Source of the DNA: Paraspadella gotoi
Lineage: Eukaryota; Animalia; Chaetognatha
NCBI GenBank assembly: GCA_051294375.1
Contig: CM119271.1
Location: 7,430,162 to 7,494,161 of the forward strand
Length of the DNA stretch: 64,000 nucleotides
Reading direction: 5' to 3'
How positions within the stretch are numbered: the stretch's first letter is position 1; each line of letters starts with the position of its first letter. Positions 51,521 to 64,000 of the stretch are shown one piece after another. Both the position numbers and the translations under genes were made by a program. The notes beneath the pieces are model-generated. The model was not told where the DNA came from and did no database searches. It saw only the letters and a program-made list of their open reading frames with translations.

Positions 51521-53154
51521 CGAAGGCAACGAACTTTGATTTTTTTTTCCAGAGAAGAGATAACTATTTCAGCGCGCTCATCGCCTTTTTTGCCACATAT
51601 TTAACCCTCACGCATGTCTATCTACCTATAACGGCTAAGAACTGAAAAGCTCAAATTGAGAAAAATTTGCCCCAGACTCCCACACGCCGCCTTCCCTCTA
51701 GCCCCAAATATTCCAACTCAACTCGGCCGCCCCCCACGGCCCTCCACATCGCACACCCCAGCTTTTTTTTTCTCTTATCACGTAGATTGCAGGGGATCAT
51801 TAGCATAATTCTTCAGAGCCCATGAAGAAAAAAGTAGAGAGAGATCGGGGAGCGGGGCGGAAGATGTGGGGGACAAACTTCAGCGCAGGATCGGCTGAAA
51901 AACGTTGCATAACCGCGAGTCCGGGCTGAAACGGTTCAAGAGAAAAACGGAGTTGCTGTAGTTTGTGGTCGTAAGACAATGCATCAAAATCCAGCAAGGC
52001 TATCGGAAAGCAGTTGAGCATTAAATTGTTTTATTTTAATCTGGTATAGTAAATTCGAACCGGGTTCTTTAATTTTGTTTTTCCCCAGTAGGAATCCGGC
52101 TTTAAATCGAAGCCCACTGTTGTACACCGCGTACCGGCTTTGATCTAATCTCATCCACGCTTTTTAAATTTCGCCGTCTTTGTCATTCGCTTCTCCGCGC
52201 GTTTTTTTTTTCGTTTTTTTTTTAATGCGTGATATTCTTCTGCGCTTGCGTGCTTTTTAAAATTCGCATTTATGCTCGCCAACGCGAGAAACGAGGCGGA
52301 TTATTTTACATGCACAGAGCTTTCGTATTTAATTTCAACTGCATCTTCTTTGACTTTAGAAAAAATAATCGTATTCGTTATCTTGATGGCCACTGGCTTG
52401 TAATTTCTGTAATAAGTTGTAGAAGAAGGAATCCGTATTCGTTAATCTTTGATGCCATCTGCCTTGAGGCTGTTCGGTGTAATAAGTGTTTAGAAAAGGA
52501 AGGTGTATTTGGTTATGCGGTTTGATGGCTAATGCGATGCACTCTGTTCTTTTTGCAATAAGTTTTGAAAAAACGAATTGGTTTCAATTACTTTGTGATT
52601 GACATCGTGCTGTGGTCTTTCTGTTGTCAATAAGTTTGTAGAAAGAGGAATGCATAGTTTGTTTTTATCCTTTGATACGCAATCGGCTGCTTGGTCTTTC
52701 TGTAAATAAGTTTTTTAGAAAAGGAAATCGTGCATTTGTGTATCTTTGATGGCATCTCGCTTGGTCTTCTGGTATTAAGTTTAAGAAAAGGAACATCGCG
52801 TATTTGTTATAGCTTGATGCCATACTGCTTGGTCTTCTTCTAGCAGATTTAAGTTTTTGTTGTTCTTCGAAGGCAACAGAACTTTGATTTTTGTTTTTTT
52901 ATGTTACGCGCGACGAACATCTGATATGCTCTTGTTTTTTGTATCACGCGTTCGTATCTTGTCATATTTAGCTCGAGACACGCGGTCAGTCTCTCTTACT
53001 CTCGATCTTCTCTCGTCTCTCTCTTCGTCGTCTCTGCTGCTCTTGCTCTCCTCTGCTCTCTCTCTGCTGCCTTAATCTCTTGCCTTTATCGGAAAATTTA
53101 ACGTTCGCGTCATGGCAGGCGTTTTGGCGAAGGAAACCTCACACGCATCAATCA

Positions 53155-53192
<38 letters not shown>

Positions 53193-54044
53193 CGCAACCG
53201 ACGACGACGACGACTGACGGACGACGACGACGACGACGAACGACGACGACGACGAGCACCTTTTCAGGCNNNNNNNNNNNNNNNNNNNNNNNNNTTTTAG
53301 CGGAAATTCTGATGATGAAGACGACGATATAGTTAACGATGATGAACCCGATAATAGTTATGATGATGATGATGATGTTAATAACAAAAGATACGGAAGA
53401 CGGGTAAATTGTTTGGTGAATGCATTAATTCACAACTTAAAAAAAAAAAATTATCGAATGTTTATTCAATAGATAATCTTTTCCCTTACTTTTAAGGGGC
53501 TTTGGTGGATTCAGAATGAGTGAAAGAGGAGCAGAGTTGCAGATAGTCAGAGCCTCGCATTCGTATATCGACTTTTTATCTTTCTCTTACAAGATTTCTT
53601 GTCTTTCCTTTGAGTGAAATGGTATAATTTTTTTTTTTAATCTGTTTCGATAGGAAAAAAGTCTAAATGTAAGCTATTTTTTAGGTTTTCCAATTTTTTC
53701 ATTAGTGGCGCTTTGCTTTCTGGGCAAAAGACGGAAATATGAATAACCGAAAATACAGATAATAACGACAACAACAACAACACCAATAACAATAACAATA
53801 ACAAGAGAAATAGTGAGGCCAAAAACAGGGGAAAAGAGAGGGCGAAGAGAAATGGGAAAGTAGAAATGGGACCAGGAATTTCTAGTTTGTAGTGTGGAGA
53901 AGAAATGAGAAAAAAAGGAGGAAGAGAGTGAGGAGGGAGGGAGGCATGAAGAAGAGGAGCCAGCCCGAGAATGGAGACGAAGGAGGCGGAGAAAATTGAC
54001 CCGAAATATGAGGACGAGAGAGAGAGACGGAGAGAGAACGAGAG

Positions 54045-54079
<35 letters not shown>

Positions 54080-55261
54080 TAGAGAGAGAGAGAGAAGAGA
54101 GAAGAAGAGAGAGAGAGAGAGAGAAGAGAAAGATGAAATTGCTGTTTTTTTATTCTTTGCACCAGGCTTTTATTCTTTCATTCTTTTTATTCTTTTATTC
54201 CATTTTTATTCTTTTTTTTCTTCAATGAAGTCGACAAAACGAATGAATTAATTCGGTGGCCTAAGGATGACGAAGCCGCTCAACGGTTATAAACCCCGCT
54301 AATAAAAACCTGCGAATGGAAAGCGTTGTTGTCTACCGATTTGCCCATCTGTTTGATAGATAAAGAAATCATTGTGAACGGAGAAACTTCAGATAGTCGA
54401 TTGGTTTTTCTGTCTTCTCGGGCGAGAGACGTTCACCTCTTTTCCTTTCTCAAATAATCATCATCGTCGCGATGACGTGGATTCCTGCAGAGAACTCTGC
54501 CCAGATCTTCCACTGTTCCCGTAATTTTTCGTTCCACCTCCCGTATTGTCCGTACATCGTATTTCCGATCCATTCCCGATCCTATAAGGAAAAAAGAGGT
54601 TTTGAGAATTTCGGAATATGACTTACTGGAGAAAAAGACTTCCTGTCACCAAAGGATGAGCAATCTCGATTTGGAGCAATCTCGAATATCAAGAAATCAA
54701 AGACTGTGACGCGGTTTCCAACGGTCGATGTCCCAAATCGCTATTTCGTCTTCTTGCCGATTCCGTCATTGGAAAGACGCATCTAACTCTAATTCTAAGG
54801 ATATATAACGCTTTCTAATGACATTTACCTCTTTATTTTATTTTGAAATATAATTAAAAAAGATAAAACTATTTAACTATCTTCCTTTTGATAAGTTTCG
54901 TAATTCCCAGGTTTAGCTTTAGGACACGTATTGTTTAATATAAGACTTCATAAATTTGAATTCATTAGCGATTCGCTCCTTAAATTCACACTGATTTTGC
55001 CTCTGTTCACCGTTTCGCGGCCCTATCACGATTCGCCTATTCCAACCGATCCGCCTAGAACCAATTCACTCAAGGTCGAGAGCAACGTCGTGATTGAAGC
55101 TCGTCCTCGGATCGGGAAATCCCGTGAGGTCACGTGACCGAAAGAAGTCGAAAACGCAGCAACCCAGAATTCGTTCGAACAGTCTCTCTCGTCTCTCTCT
55201 ACTCAGTCTCTCGTCTCCCTCTCTCTTCTTCTCTTTCATTCTATTCTCTCTCAGTCTCTCA

Positions 55262-55292
<31 letters not shown>

Positions 55293-58200
55293 CTCCCGTC
55301 CATGCTTTGCATTTTCTTTCGCCTCAACGAGAACTCCAATCCCGATTCTCAACATTTCCTCGTTTTCTTTTTCTCCTTCTTCGAGTCTCTCCTCTCTCTC
55401 TCCTCAACCTCTCTCGCTTCATCCCTTTCCATTCTTTTCTTCTCCCAGTCTCCTCTTACTCTCTCTCATTCCGGGCATTCCCCATGCTCTCTTCTTTTTT
55501 CCCACCCCGTATCAAGCCATCCTTTTCTCATTTTACCTCAGCCTCAGTTCTAAGGTCCTCGTTTTTCCCGGCGCAAAGGTCCTAAGAGTTCGGGACGCGG
55601 CCCCCCCACCACCGTCGCCGCTTGCACCGCTTCTGCCGCCGCTGCGTGGCTTCTTGAGTCTCTGCAGCTGCAGTCGACTTAATCTTTCACTTCAGTTCCA
55701 ATTAATTTCTTTCTCCTTAGGTCTACAAGGAGATTAGAGACTCTGACTTGTTGTATAATAGTATTAATATAATTATGTGCATTAAGTAATTTAAGTATTG
55801 AATAAGTTTTTTTTCACATTTTTCGCCCTAATTTATATTTAAATAAAAATTAACTATACGTCCAATTGACAACTCGAACGATTTGCTAAAACAGAAACCC
55901 GCATCCATTGGTCTTTCGTCCACGCGAGCCCGAAATCGAAGTCGAAACCACGGATGTAACGACTCAAACTGCGCGCGCACACCCCAATTAAAATGGCGTT
56001 AGAATACCGCGTGCGATTTTTTTTCGCGCAGCGAGCGATAAAGAGTTTGAGCGACGAAGAAAATTTGTAGTGGCGAAAAAAAAATCCGTAATCACGTCCG
56101 ACGACGACGACGAAAAACACGACGAAGGAGAGGAGCGAACGACGACGAGATGCAACGAACGACGTCCCTGAAAAACTGCCTTTTCTCGGGCGGGCGACGA
56201 TTTCGGCTGCTAACGGCCAAAAATTACGACCTTGAAAAACATCGTCGTCGTCGAAACGTCCGTCGTCGTCGCGTCGTTTAGGATCTCTCACCTTTCAGAA
56301 GAAGACGATATCTTCCATCGTTCCTCACCGGTTTTTTGGACTTTTAACGATACAAACCTCAAGAAAGTCGTCTTCGTCGTCGTCGTCGTTCGTCGGTCGT
56401 CGTCGTCGTTCGTCGTCGTCGTGTCCGTCGTCGTCTGTCGTCGTCGTTTCCGTCTCATAACCGAGTGAATAGAACCCCCGTTTACCTCACTTTTTAGTTA
56501 AACCTTTTTCTTTTTTTCTTTCTATCTTTGGATAACGAAACACTTTTTTTTCCTTTTCTTTATCCTACAACTCAACTAAAATCGTTTCGAATAAGGTTGA
56601 ATGCAACCAATATTACAATCATTAATTCCGCCAATAAACTAACATATCTTGTCCTGAATTGGACCAATAGGGTATGTGAAAATAATAAGATTTTAATGAA
56701 ATTAAAATTTAACCATATAGATATAGAACAATGGACAATGATCCACTGAATCAAGCATGGGTTATTGCCACATTAGTCCCATCTCTGCTTACAAGATAAA
56801 TATGTGAGCGGTGTGAATATACGCCACTTAATCCTGTATTTCCTCTTAATTCTCACGCGATCCTATTTCTCTCTAAATACTTCTTCACCTCATCGCTTTT
56901 TGCCCAATTTTAACCTCACATCCTCCTCCTGCCATCATAACTTCCGCTAAAAAGAAAAAAACTGAAAAAAGCTCAAATGAAGAAAATTGCCCAGAACTCC
57001 CGCCCCCCTTCCTCCCCACACAAATTTTCCAACTCACCCTTCCCCCCAGGCCTCCATCGAACACTCCCAAGCCTTTTTTTTCCCTTTCCGTAGATGAGGG
57101 GAATCATTACAATAAATTGTTGCAAGCCATGAAAAACGGAGAAAAAGGAGAGAAGGAGAGAGAAGGAAGAGAGAAAGAGAGAAGAGAGAAGAGAGAATCC
57201 AAGAGAAGGCGAGAGAAGCGGAAAGATAGTGGGAGGAAAAACTTACAGCACGATCGGCTGAAAAACGTTCATACCCGCGAGATCGGGTGAAACGTTCAAG
57301 AGAAAAACGAGTTGCTGTAGTTTGTGGTCCGTAAGACAATGCATCAAAATCAGCAAGGCCATATGAAAGCTGACATTAAATTGGTTTTATTTTAATCTGG
57401 TAAGTAAATTCGAACCGGGTTCTTTAATTTTGTTTTTCCCAGTAGAATCGGCTTTAAAATCGAAGCCGCACTGTTGTAACACGCGTACCTCGGCTTTATC
57501 TATTCATCCACCTTTTTAAATTTCCCGTCTTTTCATTCGCTTTCCCGCGTTTTTTTTTTCTGTTTTTTTTTTAATGCGTGATATTCTCTCTGCGTTCGTC
57601 TTTTTAAAATTCCATTTATGCTCGCAACGCGAGAAACGAGGCGATTATTTTAAGCACGAGCTTTCGTATTTATTTCAACTGCATCTTCTTTGACTTTGAA
57701 AAAAAATCGTATTCGTTATATTTGATGAGCCACTGCTTGGTAATTTCTGTAATAAGTTGTAGAAAGAAATCGTATTCGTTAATCTTTGATGCCATCTGCT
57801 TGAGGTCTTTCGGTAATAAGTGTTTAGAAAAGAAGGTCGTATTTGGTTTGGTAGATTTGATGCCAATGCTGCACTTGTTATATTTTGCAATAAGTATTGA
57901 AAAAACGAATTAATTTGGTTTATTCTTTAGTATTGCATCGTGCTTGTGGTCTTTCTGTGTAATAAGTTTGTAGAAAGAGGAATGTAGTTTGTTTTCCTTT
58001 GATCCAATCGGCTCTTGGTCTTTTGCTAATAAGTTTTTTAAAAACGGAATTCGTAGCATTTGATCTTTGAATGGATCTACCTTGGTCTTTCTGTTAATAA
58101 GTTTAGAAAAGGAACAGATTTGGTTATGCTTGATTGCCATCTGCTTGGTCTTTCTGTAATTTAAGTTTTAGAAAAGAAATCCGATTTGTTATCTTTGATG

Positions 58201-61200
58201 CCATCTGCTAGTCGTTTCTGTATAAAGTTTTAGAAAAAGGAATCGTATTTGTATATTTGATGCCATCTGCTTGGTCTTTCTGTTTAAGTTTTAGAAAAGG
58301 AAATCGTATTTGTTTATATTGAATGCCATCTGCTTGGTCTTTCCTGTATTAAGTTTTAGAAAAGGAATAGTAATTTGTTATATTTGATGCCATCTGCCTT
58401 TGTCTTTCCTACAATAAGTTTTTTTTTCGAAGGCAGAACTTTGGATTTTTTTTATTACGGCGACGACATCTGATATCTCTTTTTTTTTCAGCGGTTCGTA
58501 TCTTGTGATAATTATCTCGAGACACCTCAGTCTCTCTTCCTCTTTCTCTCTCTGTCTCCTCTTCTCTCTCTCTCTCCTCTCTTCTTCTCTCTTCTCTCTC
58601 TCTCATCTCTCTCTCTCTCGTCTCTCTCTTTCTCTTCCTTTATCGAAAATTTAGTTCGCGGTCATGGGAGGAAAAACCTCACATCATCAACGACGACAGA
58701 TACGACGACGACGACGAGACGACGACGACGGACACTTTTAAGCGGAAATTAATGATGATGAAGACGACGATAATAAGTTAACGACGATGAACCCAATAAT
58801 AGTTATGATGATGATGATGATGTTACTAACAAAAGATAACGGCAGACGGGTAAATTGTTTGGTGAATGCATTAATTCACAATTAAAAAAAGAGAGAGAGG
58901 AGAGGTGAGTGAGGTGAGAGAATCTTTTGCCCTTACTTTTAAGGGTTGAGTGGGATTCAGAATGAGTGAAAGAGGACAGAGAAAATTGCAGATAGTATCC
59001 AGAGCACCATTCCGTATATCGACTTTTTATATCTTCCTCTACAAGATTTCTTGGCTTTCCATTGAGTGAAGTGTATAAATTTTTTTTTTAATCTGTTTTC
59101 GATATGGAAAAAAGTTAAATTGTTAAGCTATTTTTTAGGTATTTCCATTTTTTTTTCATTTAGTGGGCCGCTTTTTGCCTTTTTCTGGACAAAGACAGAA
59201 ATTATGCGAATAACCGAGAAATATCAGATTAAATAACGACAACACAAAACAACATAACAATCAACAAGTAAAACAATAATTAATTAATAATAATTAATAA
59301 TAATAAAACCATATAACCTGAATCAAAATATAATGAATGTACATAATCATACTAATAATGATATCATAACCCACATTGAGTTGATCTAGAGAATGACGTG
59401 CATTAGTAGATAGAGAAAGGGAAGAGAGAGAGAAGAGGAGAAGAAGAGAGAGAAGAGAGAGAAAAGAGAGAGAGAGAGAGAGAGAGGAGAAGAGAGAGGA
59501 GAAGAGATGAGATGGAGACAGAGAATATTGAGAAACAGGAACATATGGAATAGAAATATTGTAACACCCGTTTGTAAAAAAAATAAAACTCCACTCAGTG
59601 GTCAATCCGCGTCGCATTTAAAAAAATACTTTTATAAGCTAAACTATATTCGTACTCCCCCATCTCAAAAAAAAAAAAGAAAAAGAAGAAAAAACTATGA
59701 CACAATGGAAATTAGATATATACAATATTAAATAATACATCGGCAGAAGGAAAAAGAACAGAAAAAAAAAAAGAAAGTTCATTGAAATCGACCAGTTTTT
59801 CTCCTCGACGGAGAACGGCGCGAGCGCGGCCAGAATGGCGGCGTGGGACCAGAGAGATGTCTCCTATTCCCGACATTTTTTTTCCGCCATTTCTCTCACT
59901 CTTCTCTCTCTCTCCTCTCTCGTGCTCATCTCCTCTCTCTCTCTCTCCTCTCTCGTCTCTCTCTCTTCTCTCATTCTTTACCCCGCTCTTCCGTTCATTT
60001 TGTCTCCATCTTGTCTGATCCATGTCTTCCACATGTCCATCCTTCATTCTCCTCCCCTCTTTCTCCCCTCTCTCGCTCCCCCTCCCTCTCCCTNNNNNNN
60101 NNNNNNNNNNNNNNNNNNGGTAAAAAATATTCATCTGGCTCACATCGGTAACTTATCGTAACGTATCGTTAAAGTTTCTGCCTTTTACATAATCGGATTA
60201 ATCATTTATTTTTGCATTTATGAAAAACGCAATGTGTTGTCCAAAATTGAAGCCTGCTGTACATATTGCCACTTTTACTATTTGATCTAATTAGCTTTTT
60301 TGTGCTATGTGTCAAGCGGTCATGGTCAGATTGGACAGTAATGTCCAGCAGTAGCGAATGCTTATCGCACGAATATTACCAAAAGTAATGATCAATTAAT
60401 TGGCTCAGAAAAACAATTTTACAAGGAAACAATTCAGGCCACCTGATACCGTTTCGCCACGTTATTTTTCAGTTGTGTCTGGTATACATACTTAAATCTT
60501 TAACACACACTCTCTCTCTATCTTCTTTATTTTTTTCCCCTCTTGCACTGACAAAAAAGCAAATAAAAAAAATATATTAAAATAAATAAATCAAAAATGT
60601 ATTAATAAAAAGTTTGCAGCAAACGCAATGCCGCGCATCTGCCCACGACTCATTAGCGTACATTAAGTTGCGATTAATAATTGAAAAAAATAATCTATCC
60701 TTAATTAATTACATATAACTATAATTCCAAAATAATGAATATCGAACATTTTGGCAGAGCTCACATATGATTTGAACCAAAAGGACGACAAACGCACGTA
60801 TGATCCACAATGACGAAAACGACGACGATAGTCTTGCTGTCACCTTTGTGCAGCGTCGTAGTTTACAGTAAGTTGGTCCTAATAAGAATGACCTGTTTTT
60901 ACCCAATCTTTTGTTTATGGCCTGAAACCTTTTTCTCAGCCAGACTATAAATCACTAGTTGTTTCGCTTGTTATTATTTTTATCATTTTTTACTTTTTTT
61001 ACCTGTTTTGCATAATACCAGGTTGTTTCTCTTAATCACAAAAAACACGGCCTCAAATCTTTTCTATAATATTTTTGTTTTGAGTCACGCGCCCAAACAT
61101 TTCATATAAAAAATTGTCAATTAATTTAATTTAGAGAAAAAAGCAAAGCAATTTTGAATTGTAACAACCAGTATTTTTTAATTAATTAGTTGACATGTTT

Positions 61201-63224
61201 CGCCGCCTTGTTTACTTACAGCCTTCCATCAGCATATGACATTCAAATATAAATTTGTGGTAAAAGAGCAGTGTCGCAGGAGAGGAGAGAGAGAGAGGAA
61301 GGAAGAGAAAAAGGTAAAAAGGTTTCCCAAGCAAAGTGGTGAGACAGGAATGAAGTGGTCAGATGTGAGGACAGGGTCTGAAGGTAGGCCAGATTGAGGC
61401 TGAGTTGTGAAAAAGAAGTGAAACGTTGGTTTAAAAGAGCAGAGAGAGAGTGAGAGAGAAACCAAAACACACAAGGATAAATAAATGATAAAGATACAGG
61501 TTTTGCAACTGTGACAACAAAGATAAAGCGAGGTTTAATTAAGTTACAATAATCTAATTGATGGCCAACCACGAACGGACAATGATTGAACTACCGACGA
61601 TGACAAATTGCATGCATTTGCTTAATTTTTAGATTGATTTGATTGAATAGTTTGATTAATTGAGTTGAATAATTAATTCAATTTGATCAGTTCTGGCATT
61701 GTGTAGCTCACAAACTTGTTTGTTTTGTTTTTCTTTTCATTATGCACAAAAGCAAATGACGGACCCTGATGATGATTATGCTATGACAACGAGGATTCAG
61801 CGACCATCATGATTAATTGAATGATTGAGTTTGATCAAATAAAATAAATTCATATTCAGCCGCCTGGTTAATTTTTAGGTCTTGTTTGTCAGGTCATCTG
61901 ACCAGGGACAGAAAGCAACAACGACGTGTGGACGCATGACAATGATCAACACTGACATTCGTTTAATTTGCATTTGATTAATTTGCATTGACTTAATTCA
62001 ATTAATTAGTTCTTTGTAATAATTTATTGATAAATAAATTTATTAATTAGGTTGCATGATAAATTAATTTGATTATTTAATGTTATGCATTGATTAAAGA
62101 AAATTAGTTCATTTAATTTTTACGTCGATTTTGATTGAGTTACGTCGTTTAGTTGCATTGCATTTGATTGATTAATTGAGACCTTGAATCAATTGAATAA
62201 TTAATGCGCACGCCTTGATATTTATATTTAATAAAAAGAAAAGCGCAAATTAGGCGAAAAGGTTTGTGTGTTTTTGTCATTTAAACTCATTATTCTTGTT
62301 TTTTTCCCCACCGTCGCAGGCACGAATTTTACCAATCTTACAAATCTCTACAATTTTTTCATTGTCGAGTTAAAAATTTTCTCACTGCTTATTGTGATCA
62401 ACAAAAGAAGATTGTCGTAAAATTATACTCTACCAATGGAATTACATGCTCTAAAAGAAGACTTATTTTTATAAATAATAACAAATATAAAATTTCTAAA
62501 AGAAGCCGCAGAGCGATGTTGCACTCGAACCGAAAGCGATGACCGGGCTAAACAAAGTTATAAGGATTTGCACCGCGAAAACGCCGAGCGGGAGGGGTCT
62601 TGGAAGCGGCCGGAATTGCGCCAAGCGGCAGCGCGAAAATCGATTTCGCTTCCACAATCTCTGAGATGGCCAGTCAATTTGTAGACGCAAGACAACCTCA
62701 AATCCGTTGTCGTCCGTGTTTATTTTATTATCCATTTAGTCATTATTCATTATTTATTGATTATTATTTATTATTATTATTATTATTATTATTGATTATT
62801 GATTATCTATTCATTGACTGTTATGTATTATTATTACTCTCTTTTTCATTTTCCTTCCTCTTTTCTCCTTCTCTTTCTCAATCTCTCTGAACAATAGGCC
62901 GGAACTGGTTGAAAACTAGAAGTTCTCTCAAATAAATAATGGTTAAGTGAATGAAATTGGTACATCCAATATAAAAATTATCCATTCATTTAATAAATAA
63001 GCTATCTTGCCCCTGACTTTGGACAGGCTTTGGTGGTTTAAGGCCTCCATCACTCTTACAAGATAATGACATAGCAGGTCCCTGCAAGCTTTCAATCAAG
63101 ACTCTCTCACAGTCTTGTTTATTCACTCCCAGAGTACCTGGCTTCCCTATCAATGAAGTGGAAAATATTTCAAAGAATGTTTCAATTGTATGAAAAGACC
63201 ACTCCCTTAAGTATTAGAGAATGT

Positions 63225-63764
63225 TAGAGAATATGAAAATAAAAATAATTTTTAAAATTTATTTTATTGATTAGCGCACAGAAGCATTTAAAGATTATTT
63301 TATTACTATATAAAGTTTAAAATATTTTTTTAATTTTTCAATCTTTTTAGGAGATTCTGGTAGAGCTTTAAAAGTTAGATAAAGGTTATTAATACTTTTT
63401 AAATTTTTTTGTTTTATTGATAAAAATTTTAAAAAACCATAAAATTCAGCCAATGATGATGATGATTTTTTAAGGTTTTTTTAATTTTTAACCAATTTAT
63501 TGTCAAAATTTTAAAAAATTATAATACTAACTTTTATTTAACTTTTCAAGTTTTATAAGAATCCGTTCTTAAAAATAAAATTTAAAAAAAAATTGTTGTC
63601 ATTTGTTATATATTAATAAATATTTAAAAGCTTCAGTGCAACAACCCAATGAACTAATTCAAAAAGTTGCATTGAAAATCGATTTAGTCATAGAAGGATA
63701 AAAGAATTTTTTTTTTTTGAGAGAACTAGAAGTTATAACAAGTGTTCAATTTTGGCCCACCCTA
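63225..63764. mobile_element. Fold-back MITE-like element, probable diverged third family member (~540 bp)
   Basis: Left end TAgagaatatgaaaat resembles copy 1; right end ...cacccTA; internal inverted pairs gcacagaagcatttaaa / tttaaaagcttcagtgc and aaaagttagataaaggtta / taacttttatttaactttt. Confidence 0.5.
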
Positions 63765-64000
63765 CTGAACAATCTTCCTCTTTCTCACTCTCCACAACTC
63801 GACTTGTCTCTCTTCTCTACACACTCCCTACGCCCCTATTTCCTCTCTTGGCTTTTACCNNNNNNNNNNNNNNNNNNNNNNNNNNNNNNNNNNNNNNNNN
63901 NNNNNNNNNNNNNNNNNNNNNNNNNNNNNNNNNNNNNNNNNNNNNNNNNNNNNNNNNNNNNNNNNNNNNNNNNNNNNNNNGACCCGAAAAAATATTCCAT

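Overview
Eukaryotic (most likely invertebrate animal) genomic scaffold, AT-rich and dominated by low-complexity DNA: long (GA)n/(CT)n tracts, (GAC)n/(GTC)n and (GCC)n runs, minisatellites and small non-autonomous DNA-transposon-like repeats, interspersed with CpG-rich patches. No rRNA, tRNA, CRISPR array, transposase, reverse transcriptase or recognisable conserved protein domain was seen; nearly all ORFs in the track are translations of microsatellites. Roughly 30% of the window (about 19-20 kb, estimated by eye) is redundant: indel-riddled second or third copies of neighbouring sequence lying beside seven exactly-25-N gaps, the pattern of long-read gap filling, including an apparent 8.6-kb palindrome that is probably a misassembly. 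Best biological candidates: (1) an intronless ~362-aa orphan ORF (10282-11370, minus) with an NLS-like basic patch and repeated acidic amphipathic motifs; (2) a ~600-bp TA-flanked, fully fold-back MITE family with three independent copies; (3) a decayed ~150-bp coding tandem repeat at 46.9-47.3 kb with synonymous-biased divergence; (4) several Asp-rich and Glu-rich frame-preserving tracts. I could not support a new multi-gene biological system here.
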